Shown one piece after another: positions 17,745 through 28,700 of a stretch of 64,000 nucleotides of DNA. Source of the DNA: a virus (taxonomy: Duplodnaviria > Heunggongvirae > Uroviricota > Caudoviricetes); IMG/VR virus record IMGVR_UViG_3300011155_000013, positions 18,941 to 82,940 of that record, one strand, 5' to 3'. A program made the translations under genes and the position numbers. The notes below the pieces were generated by a model that was given only the letters and a program-made list of their open reading frames with translations, had not been told where the DNA came from and searched no databases. Every line of letters starts with the position of its first letter. Position 1 is the stretch's first letter.

Positions 17745-18080
17745 ATGAAGGCCCTCGAGGAGAAGTTCGGGAGAAAACACCCGGCCCTCGAGGACTTCGT
17801 GGATCCACCGGCAGGTGTCATGTGGCTGGTAGATGCGTTCTTTCGCCTGCACAGGAGGCGGCAGCACGCCGAGCACGGGTACCAACCGCTGCAGTACCAG
17901 GAGATGGCCCAGTTCGCTGACCACGTCCTGAACTTGGAGCAAGACCTTAGACCGCTGTTTTTCCGGACGATGGAAGAGACCGACAACGGCGTTCTGTACG
18001 ACCACTACGCAAAAGCCAAAGAGCGCACGCCGGAGGCGCCCAGGCCGAAAAAGCTGCCCCGTCCTACCCCTCGCAGGTAA
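17745..18080 (+). CDS. second tail assembly chaperone-like protein
   Basis: 111 aa between the chaperone and the tape measure. Confidence 0.4.
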   Translation: MKALEEKFGRKHPALEDFVDPPAGVMWLVDAFFRLHRRRQHAEHGYQPLQYQEMAQFADHVLNLEQDLRPLFFRTMEETDNGVLYDHYAKAKERTPEAPRPKKLPRPTPRR

Positions 18081-18083
18081 CGT

Positions 18084-21000
18084 ATGTCCAACAAGTTCGA
18101 CGTAGATTTTTCTGAAGCCCTTCGGCAACTGGCGGAATTCCAGGCCAAGACCCGCGGGCTGGGCGAATCGTTGGACAAGGTTCAGCAGTCTGCCAAGGCC
18201 CCAATCGGCGCCGCCGGCAAGCTGATGAAGGAGATGCACAAGCATTTCAGCGACCTGGAGACGGCGCTGACGCGAGTTGGCGTGGATGCAGAGGCGGCAG
18301 GCGCAGCCGTCAAGCGCTCAAGGGAAACCGCGCAGGGTTTGTTCACCAAGCTGGCGGCGGACAACCTGACCCTGACCACGCGCGCCCGCGCGTACAACGG
18401 CGAGCTGAAAGAGCTGGAACGGCTGCTCAAGGACACCGGAGCGAAGAGCAGCTTCGTCAAGTGGGCAGAGCGTACCAACAACATCACGGCCGAACTCAGC
18501 AACCAGAACCGGTACCTGGTGAAAGCCATCCAGGCGGCTCTGACCGCCGAGGGGCAGTACAACCAGCGGCTGAAGGCCAAACTGGCCACCAACCAGCGCA
18601 TTCTCAACTCGCAAGAGGCGCTGAAGCTCAAGGCCATCGAGCTTGAGCACGCCATTCACCAGCTGGAGACCGCCGAGGGAAGGGCGGCGGCCAGCGCCGG
18701 CGTCAGACTGGCGGCAAACCGCCGTGCCATCACCGAGGATGAGCGCCGCCGCGAGAAGCTGAACGAACTGGAACGCCAGTACGCCAGCCTGCATGGTGGT
18801 ATGGAACAAGAGATCGTCCTGCTACAGCGTCAGATCGCTGAGCGGCGCAAGCAGATCCTCGGCGACGACAAGGCCCGCCAGTCGATATCAGCGCTGACCC
18901 AGGCCCAGGCAGAGCAGAACGCCCAGCTGGCCAGGCAGTCCTCCGCGCTGAAGGCACAGAACCAGGCCATTCAGGAAACCGCCAACGGCCTGCACCGGAT
19001 GACCCGCGCGGAAGCGGAGGCTGTCGCCAAGGCGGAGGCCCTGCGAGCAGCCAACAAGCGCACCACTGACTCCCTGCTGGATGAGGCTCGCGCAGCTCAT
19101 GGCATGAGTAAAGCCCAACTTGAGCTGAACCGGGCCAAGCAGTCGGAGATAGACAAGCTCGAGCGGCTGAAGGTACAGCGCGACCTACTCAGTGGGTCAT
19201 ATGGACGGGATCTCGCCCAGACCCGCCGTCAGATCGCAGAGCAGGAGCGCTATAACCGCCTCCTGGCCATGACCACTGCGGAGCTGCTGGGCCTGACAAA
19301 CGCCCAGCGGAGGCTTTCGGTTGCTCAAGCCACCGGTTCGCAGTCGGCGGCCATGATGCGGGCAGGCCTCGCCGGCCTGCATACCAGCATCGGCATGTAC
19401 ACCAGCGCCACGATCGTTGCGGCTTCCTCGACCTACGCAATCGCAGCCGGCCTGCGCAGTGCGGTGACAGTGGGTACCGAGTTCTCGGCAACCATGGCCC
19501 GCGCCGACGCGATCATGTCCACCTCACGTCCAGCGTGGATGGCCGACAACGGCAGCATGGCGGCGATGGAAGTGCAGGTCCGCGCGCTTGGCCAGAGCAC
19601 TGCCTATACCGCCTCGCAGGTGGCCGAAGGCCTCGGCGAACTGGGTATGGCTGGTCTATCCGCCGGTGACGCGGTGCTGGCTCTGCGCCCGTCCCTAGAC
19701 CTGGCGATGATCGGCAACATCGGCATGGGCCAGTCAGCGGACATCGCTACCAACGTCATGATGACGTTCGGCAAGACCGCCGGCGAACTGACTGAAGTCG
19801 TGGACGTGATGGCCACGGCAGTGACCAACTCGAACACAACCATCGAGCAACTGGCCAACTCCCTGACGTACGCAGGCCCGGCTGCGCAGACCGCTGGCAT
19901 CTCGATGCGCGACACCGTAGCGGCTATCGAGGCGATGGCCAACTCGGGCATCAAGTCGTCCCGCTCAGGTACGGCGTTGCGCCGGCTGTTCGTAAGCCTG
20001 GTGAACCCGACGAAGAAGGGCGCGGCGATGATGGAGCAGTACGGGATCTCCGTACTGGACGCCGAGGGCAAGACCCGAGGCCTTGTCGACATCGTTACCC
20101 AACTGAACAAGGCGCTGTCGAACGTCTCCGGCGCTGAGCGCCTCGGCGCGATCCAAGACCTGGTTGGTGTGTATGCGACCTCGCCAGTGGCAGCGCTGGT
20201 CGACCAGGCGGACAACCTGGTGCACCTTCGCAACCAGCTCGACAACGTGGCCGGCGCCGCTGAGCGCATGCGTGAGAAGATCGAGGACACCCTGTCCAAG
20301 GACTGGAACCAGGTCGTCTCGGCGTTCCAGGAAGTGCAGCTGACGGCCTTCGACGCCTACGAGATGCGGATGCGCGAGGGGTCGATGCGCCTCGCACAGT
20401 GGCTGGTCCAGCTTACTGAGCCGATCGAGACCCTGGCTGACGGATCCACGATTTCCCAGCTCGACATGATCCTTCAGCGAGCAGAGAGCCTTGCCCGGGT
20501 CATCGGTAACCTTGCACTGGGCTTTGTAGCGTTTAAAGCGGCCACGGTCGGCAGCAGCTTGGTCGGGGCCTTGGCCAGCGACATGGGCAAGCTGGGCACC
20601 GTGTACGACGTGCTCAAGGCCAAAGCGGGGTCGGCAGCAGTCGGCGTAAGGGCATTCGACGCCGCATCTCTGAAGGCCGCTGCCTCCGCTCGACTGCAGT
20701 ACGCTGCCAACCACCCGCTGGCAGCTAGCCTGAATGTCGTCGGCAGCACGGCTAGAGGCGCTACGGCAGCGCTGGGCGGCCTTTCCGTGGCCGTTGGCGC
20801 ACTTTCCAAGGCGCTGGGCTGGGTAGGACTGCTATGGGGCATCTACGAGGCTGGTAAGGCTGCCTTCGGCTCCGACGCGCGCCAGGACATCATCGACCAG
20901 CGTGCAGAGGTGGATAACCTCAAGTCCAGTTACGAGCAGCTCAAGGAGGAGATGAAGAAGGTCTCCCTTGAGAAAGAGAAGGACGCCCTGCGTGGGAACG

Positions 21001-23342
21001 TCAAAGCCGACAAGCTGAGTATCGACCAGCTCCGCGAGCGCAACGCGACCATCCAAGCGACCCTCAACTCCAAGGGCGCCGGACTCGACCAAGCCACGCG
21101 CGACTCGCTCCAAGCCATGGTCGAGGCGAACACCTACCAGATCACCCAGTTCGAAAAGCACATCGATGCTACGAACAAGAAGCTGTCCGAGATGGGAAGT
21201 TCGGCGCTGGACGCTGTCCGGGTTCAGGAAGACCAGATCACTGCTGCTCAGAAAGTGGTGGAGACCTACGAGCAGTACCTGGCTGCCAAAGCCGACCTCG
21301 ACGCCAAGGCCGCTTCAGGCACAGCCACCGCACAAGACATGGATGGATTGAAAGCCGCTGAGGCAGCCTGGAGAAGTGCTCTGACTGTGGCGGCGTCGAC
21401 CAATGCGAAGATCGCCGAGGTGAAGGAAAACCTCGTCTCCTTGGCTGAAATCTCTTCGGCGGACGCGGCCAAACAGGATCAAGAGGCTCTGGCCAAACAA
21501 CTGGAGAAGGACGCCAGCGCCACCCAAAAACTCGCCACCGCGCGCGGAGAACTGCTTCGGGTTGATCGGGAGATCAGTGAGCTGGCCGCGCAGGATAAGG
21601 CAGCCATTGAAGCGGGAACTGCGCGCCCAGGTCAGGACACCTACAACCGGCTGAGTGACAAACGGGCTGAGGTCTCAAAGCAGATCGCTGAGCTGGAGGC
21701 GGAGGCCAAAGGGGAGGCTGATGCACTATCTGAGGCCCGCCGCGCCCTGGAGGACTTCTACCGCACGGACCAGGAGAACCTGGCCGAGCTGCAGGAGGAC
21801 CTGGCCGATGTGATGCTGCTGCGTGTGATCAATAACCAGTTGATCGCCGAGGGCGGGCAGCTCGGGGCCGAGGCATCGGTCGCTGAGGCTGATCGCCTGA
21901 AGAAAGAACTGCAGATCCGTCAGGCGATTGCCTCTCTCAACGAGAAAATCAACAAGCCCGCCAAGAAGGGCAAGGAAGAGACGGAACACGAGCGGAACCT
22001 GAAGCAGGCTCAGTCGAGCTACGACGCACTGCGCAAGCAGGCCGACCCCCTTAGCGCCTCTCTGGATGAGGTCAACGAGAAAACCAAGCAGCTGGAACTG
22101 CTGCATAAGAACGGAAAAATCACTGCCGAGCAAAAAGCGAAGGCTATCTGGCAACTGCGCAAGGCCCACTACGAGCTGGCCATCGAGCAGAACGCCAACT
22201 ACCAGTCGCTTGAGAAACTCCGCGATTCCTACTTGGACTCGCCGTTCTCAGAAACGCTGGACGACATGAATGAACTGAACCGCTTGCTCAGGGAGAACAA
22301 CGTCTCCTTGGCCGAGTACAAGCGGATCAAGGAGTCGATCAGAGAGCGCGCTGTAGAGAGCGCAACCAACGGCCTACCAACGGCAAATTTGCAGATGGGT
22401 GAGGCTTCCTCAGGCCCATTCAGCGACTGGATGAGCACTGAGATTGAACGTGCCCAGGGGCTGGGTCAGTTCGGCAAACGGAAGGAAGACCTGTTTACTG
22501 GGTACGAGAATGACACCGACCGTATCCATCGTGAGTTCGAGGCTCGTCAAGCAGCCCTAGACGCGGAGTTTTTGCAAGAGTCTGAGCACGCCGAGCGGAT
22601 GAAAACCCTGGAGCGGGAAAAGAACTCAGCCCTCCTGGCAGCCCACGACCAGTTCAGCGAGGCAAGTAAAGCCGTCGACGCCGACCGTGTTCAGTACGCG
22701 GAGCAAATGAACACGATGGTCACCATGTCGATGCTGGCAACTGCACAGAACGTGCTCGGGATGTTCGCCAGTGCCGGAGAGGACGCCACGACGGCCCAGA
22801 AAGTTGCTTTCGTCGCGCAAAAGGCTTTGGCCGTTGCTCAAATCCTTATGTACACACATCTGGCCGCAGCCCGAGCGGAGGCCGAGCTAGGAGTTGTCGC
22901 CGGTACGCCGATGGCGGCAAAAATTCTGGCGCTTGGTTATGCGAACGCTGGAATCGTCGCCGGGCTCGCGGTGGCCGAAATGTCAGGAGCCGGGACAGGA
23001 GGCGGCTCCTACTCTGGTGCCTACGACGACGGCGGCTTCATCCCCTACAACTCCTACGGCATCGTCGGCGAGTACGGCCCTGAGATCGTGCACGGCCCGG
23101 CCAACGTCACCTCCCGAGAGAAATCGGCGAAGAAGCTGTCAGGTGGAAGCCAAGAGTACAACATCACCCTTGCGCCGCAGATCACCGTACAAGCCGCGGA
23201 AGGTACGCAAGACTCTGCGACCGCCAACGCACAGGCAAGGGAAATGGCAACGATCGTGAAGGGGGTTGTGATTTCAACGATGCGGGATCAAACCCGCGCT
23301 GGCGGCTTGCTGGACAACTGGATCAAATCGCAGAGGGGGTGA
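18084..23342 (+). CDS. tail tape measure protein (1752 aa)
   Basis: Very long coiled-coil-rich protein with a hydrophobic C-terminal region. Canonical siphovirus position. Confidence 0.85.
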   Translation: MSNKFDVDFSEALRQLAEFQAKTRGLGESLDKVQQSAKAPIGAAGKLMKEMHKHFSDLETALTRVGVDAEAAGAAVKRSRETAQGLFTKLAADNLTLTTRARAYNGELKELERLLKDTGAKSSFVKWAERTNNITAELSNQNRYLVKAIQAALTAEGQYNQRLKAKLATNQRILNSQEALKLKAIELEHAIHQLETAEGRAAASAGVRLAANRRAITEDERRREKLNELERQYASLHGGMEQEIVLLQRQIAERRKQILGDDKARQSISALTQAQAEQNAQLARQSSALKAQNQAIQETANGLHRMTRAEAEAVAKAEALRAANKRTTDSLLDEARAAHGMSKAQLELNRAKQSEIDKLERLKVQRDLLSGSYGRDLAQTRRQIAEQERYNRLLAMTTAELLGLTNAQRRLSVAQATGSQSAAMMRAGLAGLHTSIGMYTSATIVAASSTYAIAAGLRSAVTVGTEFSATMARADAIMSTSRPAWMADNGSMAAMEVQVRALGQSTAYTASQVAEGLGELGMAGLSAGDAVLALRPSLDLAMIGNIGMGQSADIATNVMMTFGKTAGELTEVVDVMATAVTNSNTTIEQLANSLTYAGPAAQTAGISMRDTVAAIEAMANSGIKSSRSGTALRRLFVSLVNPTKKGAAMMEQYGISVLDAEGKTRGLVDIVTQLNKALSNVSGAERLGAIQDLVGVYATSPVAALVDQADNLVHLRNQLDNVAGAAERMREKIEDTLSKDWNQVVSAFQEVQLTAFDAYEMRMREGSMRLAQWLVQLTEPIETLADGSTISQLDMILQRAESLARVIGNLALGFVAFKAATVGSSLVGALASDMGKLGTVYDVLKAKAGSAAVGVRAFDAASLKAAASARLQYAANHPLAASLNVVGSTARGATAALGGLSVAVGALSKALGWVGLLWGIYEAGKAAFGSDARQDIIDQRAEVDNLKSSYEQLKEEMKKVSLEKEKDALRGNVKADKLSIDQLRERNATIQATLNSKGAGLDQATRDSLQAMVEANTYQITQFEKHIDATNKKLSEMGSSALDAVRVQEDQITAAQKVVETYEQYLAAKADLDAKAASGTATAQDMDGLKAAEAAWRSALTVAASTNAKIAEVKENLVSLAEISSADAAKQDQEALAKQLEKDASATQKLATARGELLRVDREISELAAQDKAAIEAGTARPGQDTYNRLSDKRAEVSKQIAELEAEAKGEADALSEARRALEDFYRTDQENLAELQEDLADVMLLRVINNQLIAEGGQLGAEASVAEADRLKKELQIRQAIASLNEKINKPAKKGKEETEHERNLKQAQSSYDALRKQADPLSASLDEVNEKTKQLELLHKNGKITAEQKAKAIWQLRKAHYELAIEQNANYQSLEKLRDSYLDSPFSETLDDMNELNRLLRENNVSLAEYKRIKESIRERAVESATNGLPTANLQMGEASSGPFSDWMSTEIERAQGLGQFGKRKEDLFTGYENDTDRIHREFEARQAALDAEFLQESEHAERMKTLEREKNSALLAAHDQFSEASKAVDADRVQYAEQMNTMVTMSMLATAQNVLGMFASAGEDATTAQKVAFVAQKALAVAQILMYTHLAAARAEAELGVVAGTPMAAKILALGYANAGIVAGLAVAEMSGAGTGGGSYSGAYDDGGFIPYNSYGIVGEYGPEIVHGPANVTSREKSAKKLSGGSQEYNITLAPQITVQAAEGTQDSATANAQAREMATIVKGVVISTMRDQTRAGGLLDNWIKSQRG

Positions 23343-23692
23343 AAATGGACGAATTCCTTGCCGCAGGAGCCCCCGACTGGGGGATCTCCGATGAACCTAA
23401 GGCCGACGTAATCGAGGTCCGTCTCGGCGACGGATACACGCTGAGGCAGCCAACCGGCATAAACCATGTGAGAGACGGTTGGTCGCCGGTATGGTCAGGT
23501 CTTGAGAAAGAGGATGCCAGGGCCGCTTACGCATGGCTGCGTTCACGGTTAAAGCTGACTCCGTTCCTATGGGTTCACCCAGTTACTGGGCAACCGGTGA
23601 AGGTCATCTGCCAGTCGGTCAGGCTGGAATATAACCAGTTCAACGACGAGATTCTGTCCGCCACGTTCGAGCAGGATTTCAACCCCTCCTGA
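23339..23692 (+). CDS. minor tail protein, lambda gpM-like
   Basis: 117 aa directly after the tape measure. Confidence 0.5.
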   Translation: MKMDEFLAAGAPDWGISDEPKADVIEVRLGDGYTLRQPTGINHVRDGWSPVWSGLEKEDARAAYAWLRSRLKLTPFLWVHPVTGQPVKVICQSVRLEYNQFNDEILSATFEQDFNPS

Positions 23693-23715
23693 CCTGTATT
23701 TACATAAATACAGGT
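23692..23715. promoter_or_regulatory. acctgtattta-ca-taaatacaggt extended palindrome between the gpM-like and gpL-like genes
   Basis: Seen in sequence. Confidence 0.55.
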
Positions 23716-23756
23716 TTGCGGTACTGTGAAACTCCCTACGTCCAGTACCCGAACCG

Positions 23757-24464
23757 ATGAGTAACGTAATCGCCTCCGACGCCCAGAAACTATCGCAGGA
23801 CGCGATAGTGACTATGTTCGAGCTGGACGCAAGAAAGTTCGGCGACGGGATTCTCAGGTTCTCAAACACGTCCGTAGACGGCTTGCCGATCAGCTTCAAC
23901 GGCTACCAGTACACCCCGCTGCCGATTACGGCGGAGGGGTTTACCTGGAACGGCAGCGGGACGCTTCCCCGGCCCACTCTAACGCTAGCGGCCAAGGACT
24001 TGGTGTTCCTGAGCCTGGTCGTCAACTCAGACGACCTCATCGGCTGCCCAGTTAAGCGAATCCGCACTTACCGGAAGTATCTGGACGACGGAGCTACCCC
24101 GAACCCGGAGGCCATGTTCCAGCCTGACTACTACGTCATCGAGAAGAAGACCTCGCAGAAGCGCACCCAGCTGCAGTTCGAGCTATCCACGAAGATGGAC
24201 CAGCAAGGCCGGATGATACCCAACCGGCAGGTGTTGCGTGATTCGTGCACTCACCGGTTCCGCTACTGGGCCAACGGCACCTGGAACTACGACGGCGTGA
24301 CCTGTCCGTACGCAGGCGCAGCCATGTACAAGGTCAACGGCGAGGCGACCTCTGACCCAGCAGAGGCCAAATGCGGCAAGCGCATCACAGACTGCAAGAT
24401 CCACTTCGGCGAGACCGCGGTACTGCCTTTCTACGGCTACCCGGGCGTGGCGAGGTACCAGTGA
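23757..24464 (+). CDS. minor tail protein, lambda gpL-like
   Basis: 235 aa with a C-terminal 4-Cys cluster (C..C..C..C), as in gpL. Confidence 0.55.
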   Translation: MSNVIASDAQKLSQDAIVTMFELDARKFGDGILRFSNTSVDGLPISFNGYQYTPLPITAEGFTWNGSGTLPRPTLTLAAKDLVFLSLVVNSDDLIGCPVKRIRTYRKYLDDGATPNPEAMFQPDYYVIEKKTSQKRTQLQFELSTKMDQQGRMIPNRQVLRDSCTHRFRYWANGTWNYDGVTCPYAGAAMYKVNGEATSDPAEAKCGKRITDCKIHFGETAVLPFYGYPGVARYQ

Positions 24465-25189
24465 TGTTCCCTCAGTTTGAGCTGCAGATCCGACAGGAGG
24501 CCATTGAAGCCTTTCCCTGTGAGGCGGTCTGGTTAATCACCTCAGCCGGGTGCCGCCAGGTGCCCAACACTCATGAAAACCCTGAAGAGTTTTTCTCGAT
24601 CAGCGAGCAAGACACCTGCAGGGCGATGGCTGAAGGGCTACTTGCAGTGGTTCACAGCCACCCCAGCAATATCGCAGCGCCCTCCGCGTCAGACATGCAG
24701 TCGCAGATAAACACCGGCGTCCCGTGGGGCGTGCTGGGCACCGATGGTATCAACGCGACAGAGGTTGCGTGGTGGGGGGACGGAGTGCCTGTCCAACCCC
24801 TCCTAGGCCGCGGGTTTCGCCACGGAGTTACCGACTGCTACTCGCTGATTCGTGACTATTACCGAATCGAGAAGGGCGCGACCCTCCCGGAGTTCCCGAG
24901 GAACTGGAGGTGGTGGGAGGGCGAGTCAAACTTCTTCGCCGAGGACTACCCGTCAGCAGGGTTCAAGCGCATCGATGAGAGCGAGGCGAGGCCGGGCGAC
25001 GTCTGGCTGGCTCAGATCAGAAGCGAGGTGCCCAACCACGGCGGCATCCTGCTCGAGAACGGCCTGGCCCTTCACCAAATCGGCGGCACGGTGCCTGTAG
25101 ATGACTCACGACTCTCTGCCAGGGAGCCGATTTTCCGCTACCACCGCCACATCACCCATTGGCTTCGCTACGTAGGGGATGAGGCGTGA
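24464..25189 (+). CDS. tail assembly protein, lambda gpK-like (JAB/MPN plus NlpC/P60)
   Basis: JAMM-like motif VHSHPSNIAAPSASD. Position after the gpL-like gene. Confidence 0.6.
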   Translation: MFPQFELQIRQEAIEAFPCEAVWLITSAGCRQVPNTHENPEEFFSISEQDTCRAMAEGLLAVVHSHPSNIAAPSASDMQSQINTGVPWGVLGTDGINATEVAWWGDGVPVQPLLGRGFRHGVTDCYSLIRDYYRIEKGATLPEFPRNWRWWEGESNFFAEDYPSAGFKRIDESEARPGDVWLAQIRSEVPNHGGILLENGLALHQIGGTVPVDDSRLSAREPIFRYHRHITHWLRYVGDEA

Positions 25190-25764
25190 AGACGATTCAC
25201 CTGCATGGGTTCCTCGCCGAAAAGTTCGGCGGCCCTTACACCTTGGATGTGAGCACCCCGAAGGAAGCTGTGCAGGCGCTATCTGTGCAGCTTCCTGGAT
25301 TCCGCGAGACGATTCGCAAAGGCAACTGGCATCTCGTAAGGGGCGCCTTGGACGGCCGTGACGAGGTCGACGAAGCCGGCGTGGATCTTTCGCTGGGAAA
25401 ACAGAGCGAGTTGCACATCATACCCGCCATCGAGGGGGCCAACAGCGGCTGGACCAACATCATCATCGGCATCATTCTGATTGTTGTTGGCTACTTCACT
25501 TTCGGTTCGACCACAGGCCCCGGCATGGCCATGATCGCCGCCGGCGCAGGACTGGCGGTGGGCGGAATCGTCCAGCTGACTACCAAGATGCCAGGGGTAG
25601 ACGACTCGACCAAAGGGAGTACTGAAGAGCGGGCATCCTACCTGTTTAACGGCCCAACCAACCAGTCTACACAGGGCGTAGCAGTGCCGCGGGGGTACGG
25701 CCGACTGAAAGTTGGCAGCATCGTCGTGAGCGCCGGCCTATTCGCTGAGCAGATGTCCGCATGA
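25186..25764 (+). CDS. tail assembly protein, lambda gpI-like
   Basis: 192 aa with a C-terminal hydrophobic segment. Position before the J-like gene. Confidence 0.5.
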   Translation: MKTIHLHGFLAEKFGGPYTLDVSTPKEAVQALSVQLPGFRETIRKGNWHLVRGALDGRDEVDEAGVDLSLGKQSELHIIPAIEGANSGWTNIIIGIILIVVGYFTFGSTTGPGMAMIAAGAGLAVGGIVQLTTKMPGVDDSTKGSTEERASYLFNGPTNQSTQGVAVPRGYGRLKVGSIVVSAGLFAEQMSA

Positions 25765-28700
25765 CGACCTATGAAGTGATCGAAGGCGCCGGGGGCGGCA
25801 GCTCCAAGCCAAAGCAGCGAACCCCGGTGGAGTCGCCTAACACGTTGCGCAGTGTGGCGAAGGGACGAATACTCGACCTCATCGCGCACGGGCCTATAGC
25901 TGGCTTGGTAGACGGCCTCAAGTCAGTCTACCTGGACGATACACCACTGCAGAACGCGGACGGCTCATTCAATTTCTCGGGTGTCACGCTCCATACCCGT
26001 GACGGCTACCCTGACCAGGACTATATCCCTGGGTTCCCTGCAGTAGAAAACGCGGTAGAGATCGCCACCCAGGTAACGAACGCCAACCCAGTGGTTAGGT
26101 CAGTATCGAACAACGACGCCGACGCGGTTCTGGTGACTGTCCAACTGCAGGGGTTGAGCTACCAAGACTCATCCACAGGCGATCTGAAGGGCAACTCGGT
26201 AGCCCTGGCCGTCGACGTCAAGGCTGGGTCTGGAAACTGGTACACGGCGGTGCAGGACACCATCTCCGGCAAGACCGTGTCCGCCTACCAGCGAACCTAC
26301 CGAGTTCCGTTGGGTGGCAACGGCCCATTCGAAGTGCGCGTCCGGCGACTGACCGAGGACCGAAGCGGCATCGGCCATACGGACAAGCTGGCGTGGGCCA
26401 TCATGACCGAGGTGGTAGACGCAAGACTGAGCTACCCAGACAGCGCGCTCGTCGGCATAGAGCTGGACTCTTCACTGTTCGGTTCGCAAATGCCGTCTCG
26501 GATGTACGACGTCAATCTCAGCATCATCAAGGTACCCAGCAACTACAGCCCAACTACCCGGGAATACACCGGCATATGGGACGGCACCTTCAAGGAAGCC
26601 TGGACTGACAACCCTGCCTGGGCATTTTACGACCTCGCCACCCACCCGGTAATCGGCGCCAACATCCAGAACGTCGACAAGTGGGCGCTCTACCAGATCG
26701 GAAGATACTGCGATGAGATGGTGCCGGATGGCTACGGGGGTATGGAACCCAGATTCACGATCAACACCTTGTTCGGTAGCCGTGAGGAAGCGATTACCGT
26801 CCTGAGCAACCTCGCTTCGGTATTCCGCGGGATGGCGTACTGGGGCTCTGACACGGTTGTTCCGGTGGCAGATATGCCAGCGGACCCGGTGAAGTTGGTA
26901 ACCGCTGCGAACGTTGTTGACGGGGATTTTGAGTACAGCGGTACGTCCCTGAGGGAGCGTCACTCGGTGGCGATCGTCATGTGGAACGACCCCGCCGATA
27001 ACTACAAGGCCAAACCAGAGTTTGTCGAAGACCCGGAGAGCATCGACCTGTTCGGCTGGAGGGAGACGCAGGTCACGGCGCTTGGCTGCACCTCGCGTGG
27101 GCAGGCAAGGCGGCTTGGTAAGTGGATACTTTACTCAGAGCGAATGGAGACGCAGACCGTCTCCTACTCAGCGACGGCTGACCACGCAGACCTAAGGCCA
27201 GGTGAATTCATCACCTTGTCGGACCCTGACCGGGCCGGGGCCAGGATGGGCGGTAGGGTGCTCGTCCCTGGTACCAGGACTTTGACGCTCGACAAAGTCC
27301 CCGACCAAGTCAGTATGGACACCTGGTTCATCAGCGTAGTGATGCCGACGGGCTCGATTGAGCGCAGGCAGATTCACAGCTTTTCCGGGGACGTGGCCAA
27401 CCTCGTGGACCCCTTGTCAGTGGAGCCGGTTATCGGCGCAGTTTGGGTGCTTTCTAGTCTATCTGTTGAGCCACCACTGTACCGGGTCGTATCTGTAGAA
27501 GAGGAGGCCGACAAACCGACCTACCGGGTGTCAGCAACCGAGCACAGCCGCAATAAGTATGACCGGGTCGAGCTGGACCTGATCCTCCCTGAGGTGCCTG
27601 ATAGCTTCTTGCCAACAGGACCCGTGGCGCCTCCGATGGACATCACCGCTGAGGTCTACAAGTACCTCGCAGGCGGCACCGATCATCAGGGTTTGACGAT
27701 CAGCTGGACGCCCTCGAGAGACGTCAGGGTCGTGGGCTACATCCTTGAGGCGCAAGGACCAGAAGACCTTACCTTCCGGACTCTCTACACAGGAGCTGGC
27801 TCTTCGGTCGATGAAAAGGACGCAGCAGCTGGCCAGTGGATCTTCAGGCTAAAGGCCGTTACCTCTCTGGGAACGGGCTCGCAGTGGGTCTCGCGGACAA
27901 TTCAGGTGGCCGGGCTGCTGCTTCCAGTCCCACCTGACAGCGTCGACGTCAGCGTGGCTACCTTCAGCATCTCCCTGTTCCCTCGCGGAGCATACCCAGG
28001 CGCGGTCTATGAGTTCTGGCGATCTTCCACTGCCCTTACCGACGCGCAGATCGAAAGCAACGCGGTACGCCTCAGCGTCTCCACGGATCTAGTGGACACA
28101 GGGCTGCGCTCTGACACCCAGTACTACTACTACATCCGCGGCTCAAACGCCTACGGTCTGTCTGCTTGGTATCCGGTGCAGGCGAAGACGATCGCTGACT
28201 TCGACGACATTCTGAGTGCCCTAGACGAAGATATTCGCCGGCCGGGCGGCCTGTTCGAGGAGATGGTGGGGGAGGCGAAGACCTCTGTCGCAGAAGGGGT
28301 GGTAGACGAGGTAACCGCCCTCGTTCAGGCCGACCTGGATGTGATTCGCACTGATTTGGCCGGAGCAAAGGCCGAAGTGACGCTGCTCGATGGGGCCGTC
28401 GACAACCTCGCAGTGGGCGTCACCAACCTCGAGATGATGAACGAGATGGAGACCGTGAGGTACCTGGCCACTGTGGCTCTGCACGAAGGCAGCTCAGCCC
28501 GCGCGACCACGGAAGAGGCGACCAGGGCTGACGAAGACAGTGCCTTGGCCACCCGTATCACCACCTTGCAGTCGGAGTTCGACACCAACAAAGCAACGGT
28601 GACCCAAGAGCTGACTGCGCTGACCAGCGCTGACCAAGCCATTGCTGCGCGGATAGACAGCCTGGAAGTGCAGGTCGGCGAGGACATACAGGCGCAGATC

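Noticed and set aside
6337-23259. Numerous long minus-strand ORFs inside the plus-strand structural genes (e.g. 7054..7917, 10378..12219, 12239..13714, 19604..20714) and plus-strand ORFs inside minus-strand replication genes (e.g. 37899..39116, 45444..46193, 49258..50916)
   Set aside because: These are antisense or out-of-frame translations of high-GC coding DNA. The products are Arg/Gly/Ala/Pro-rich and have no start context, while the opposite-strand genes carry clear family motifs.
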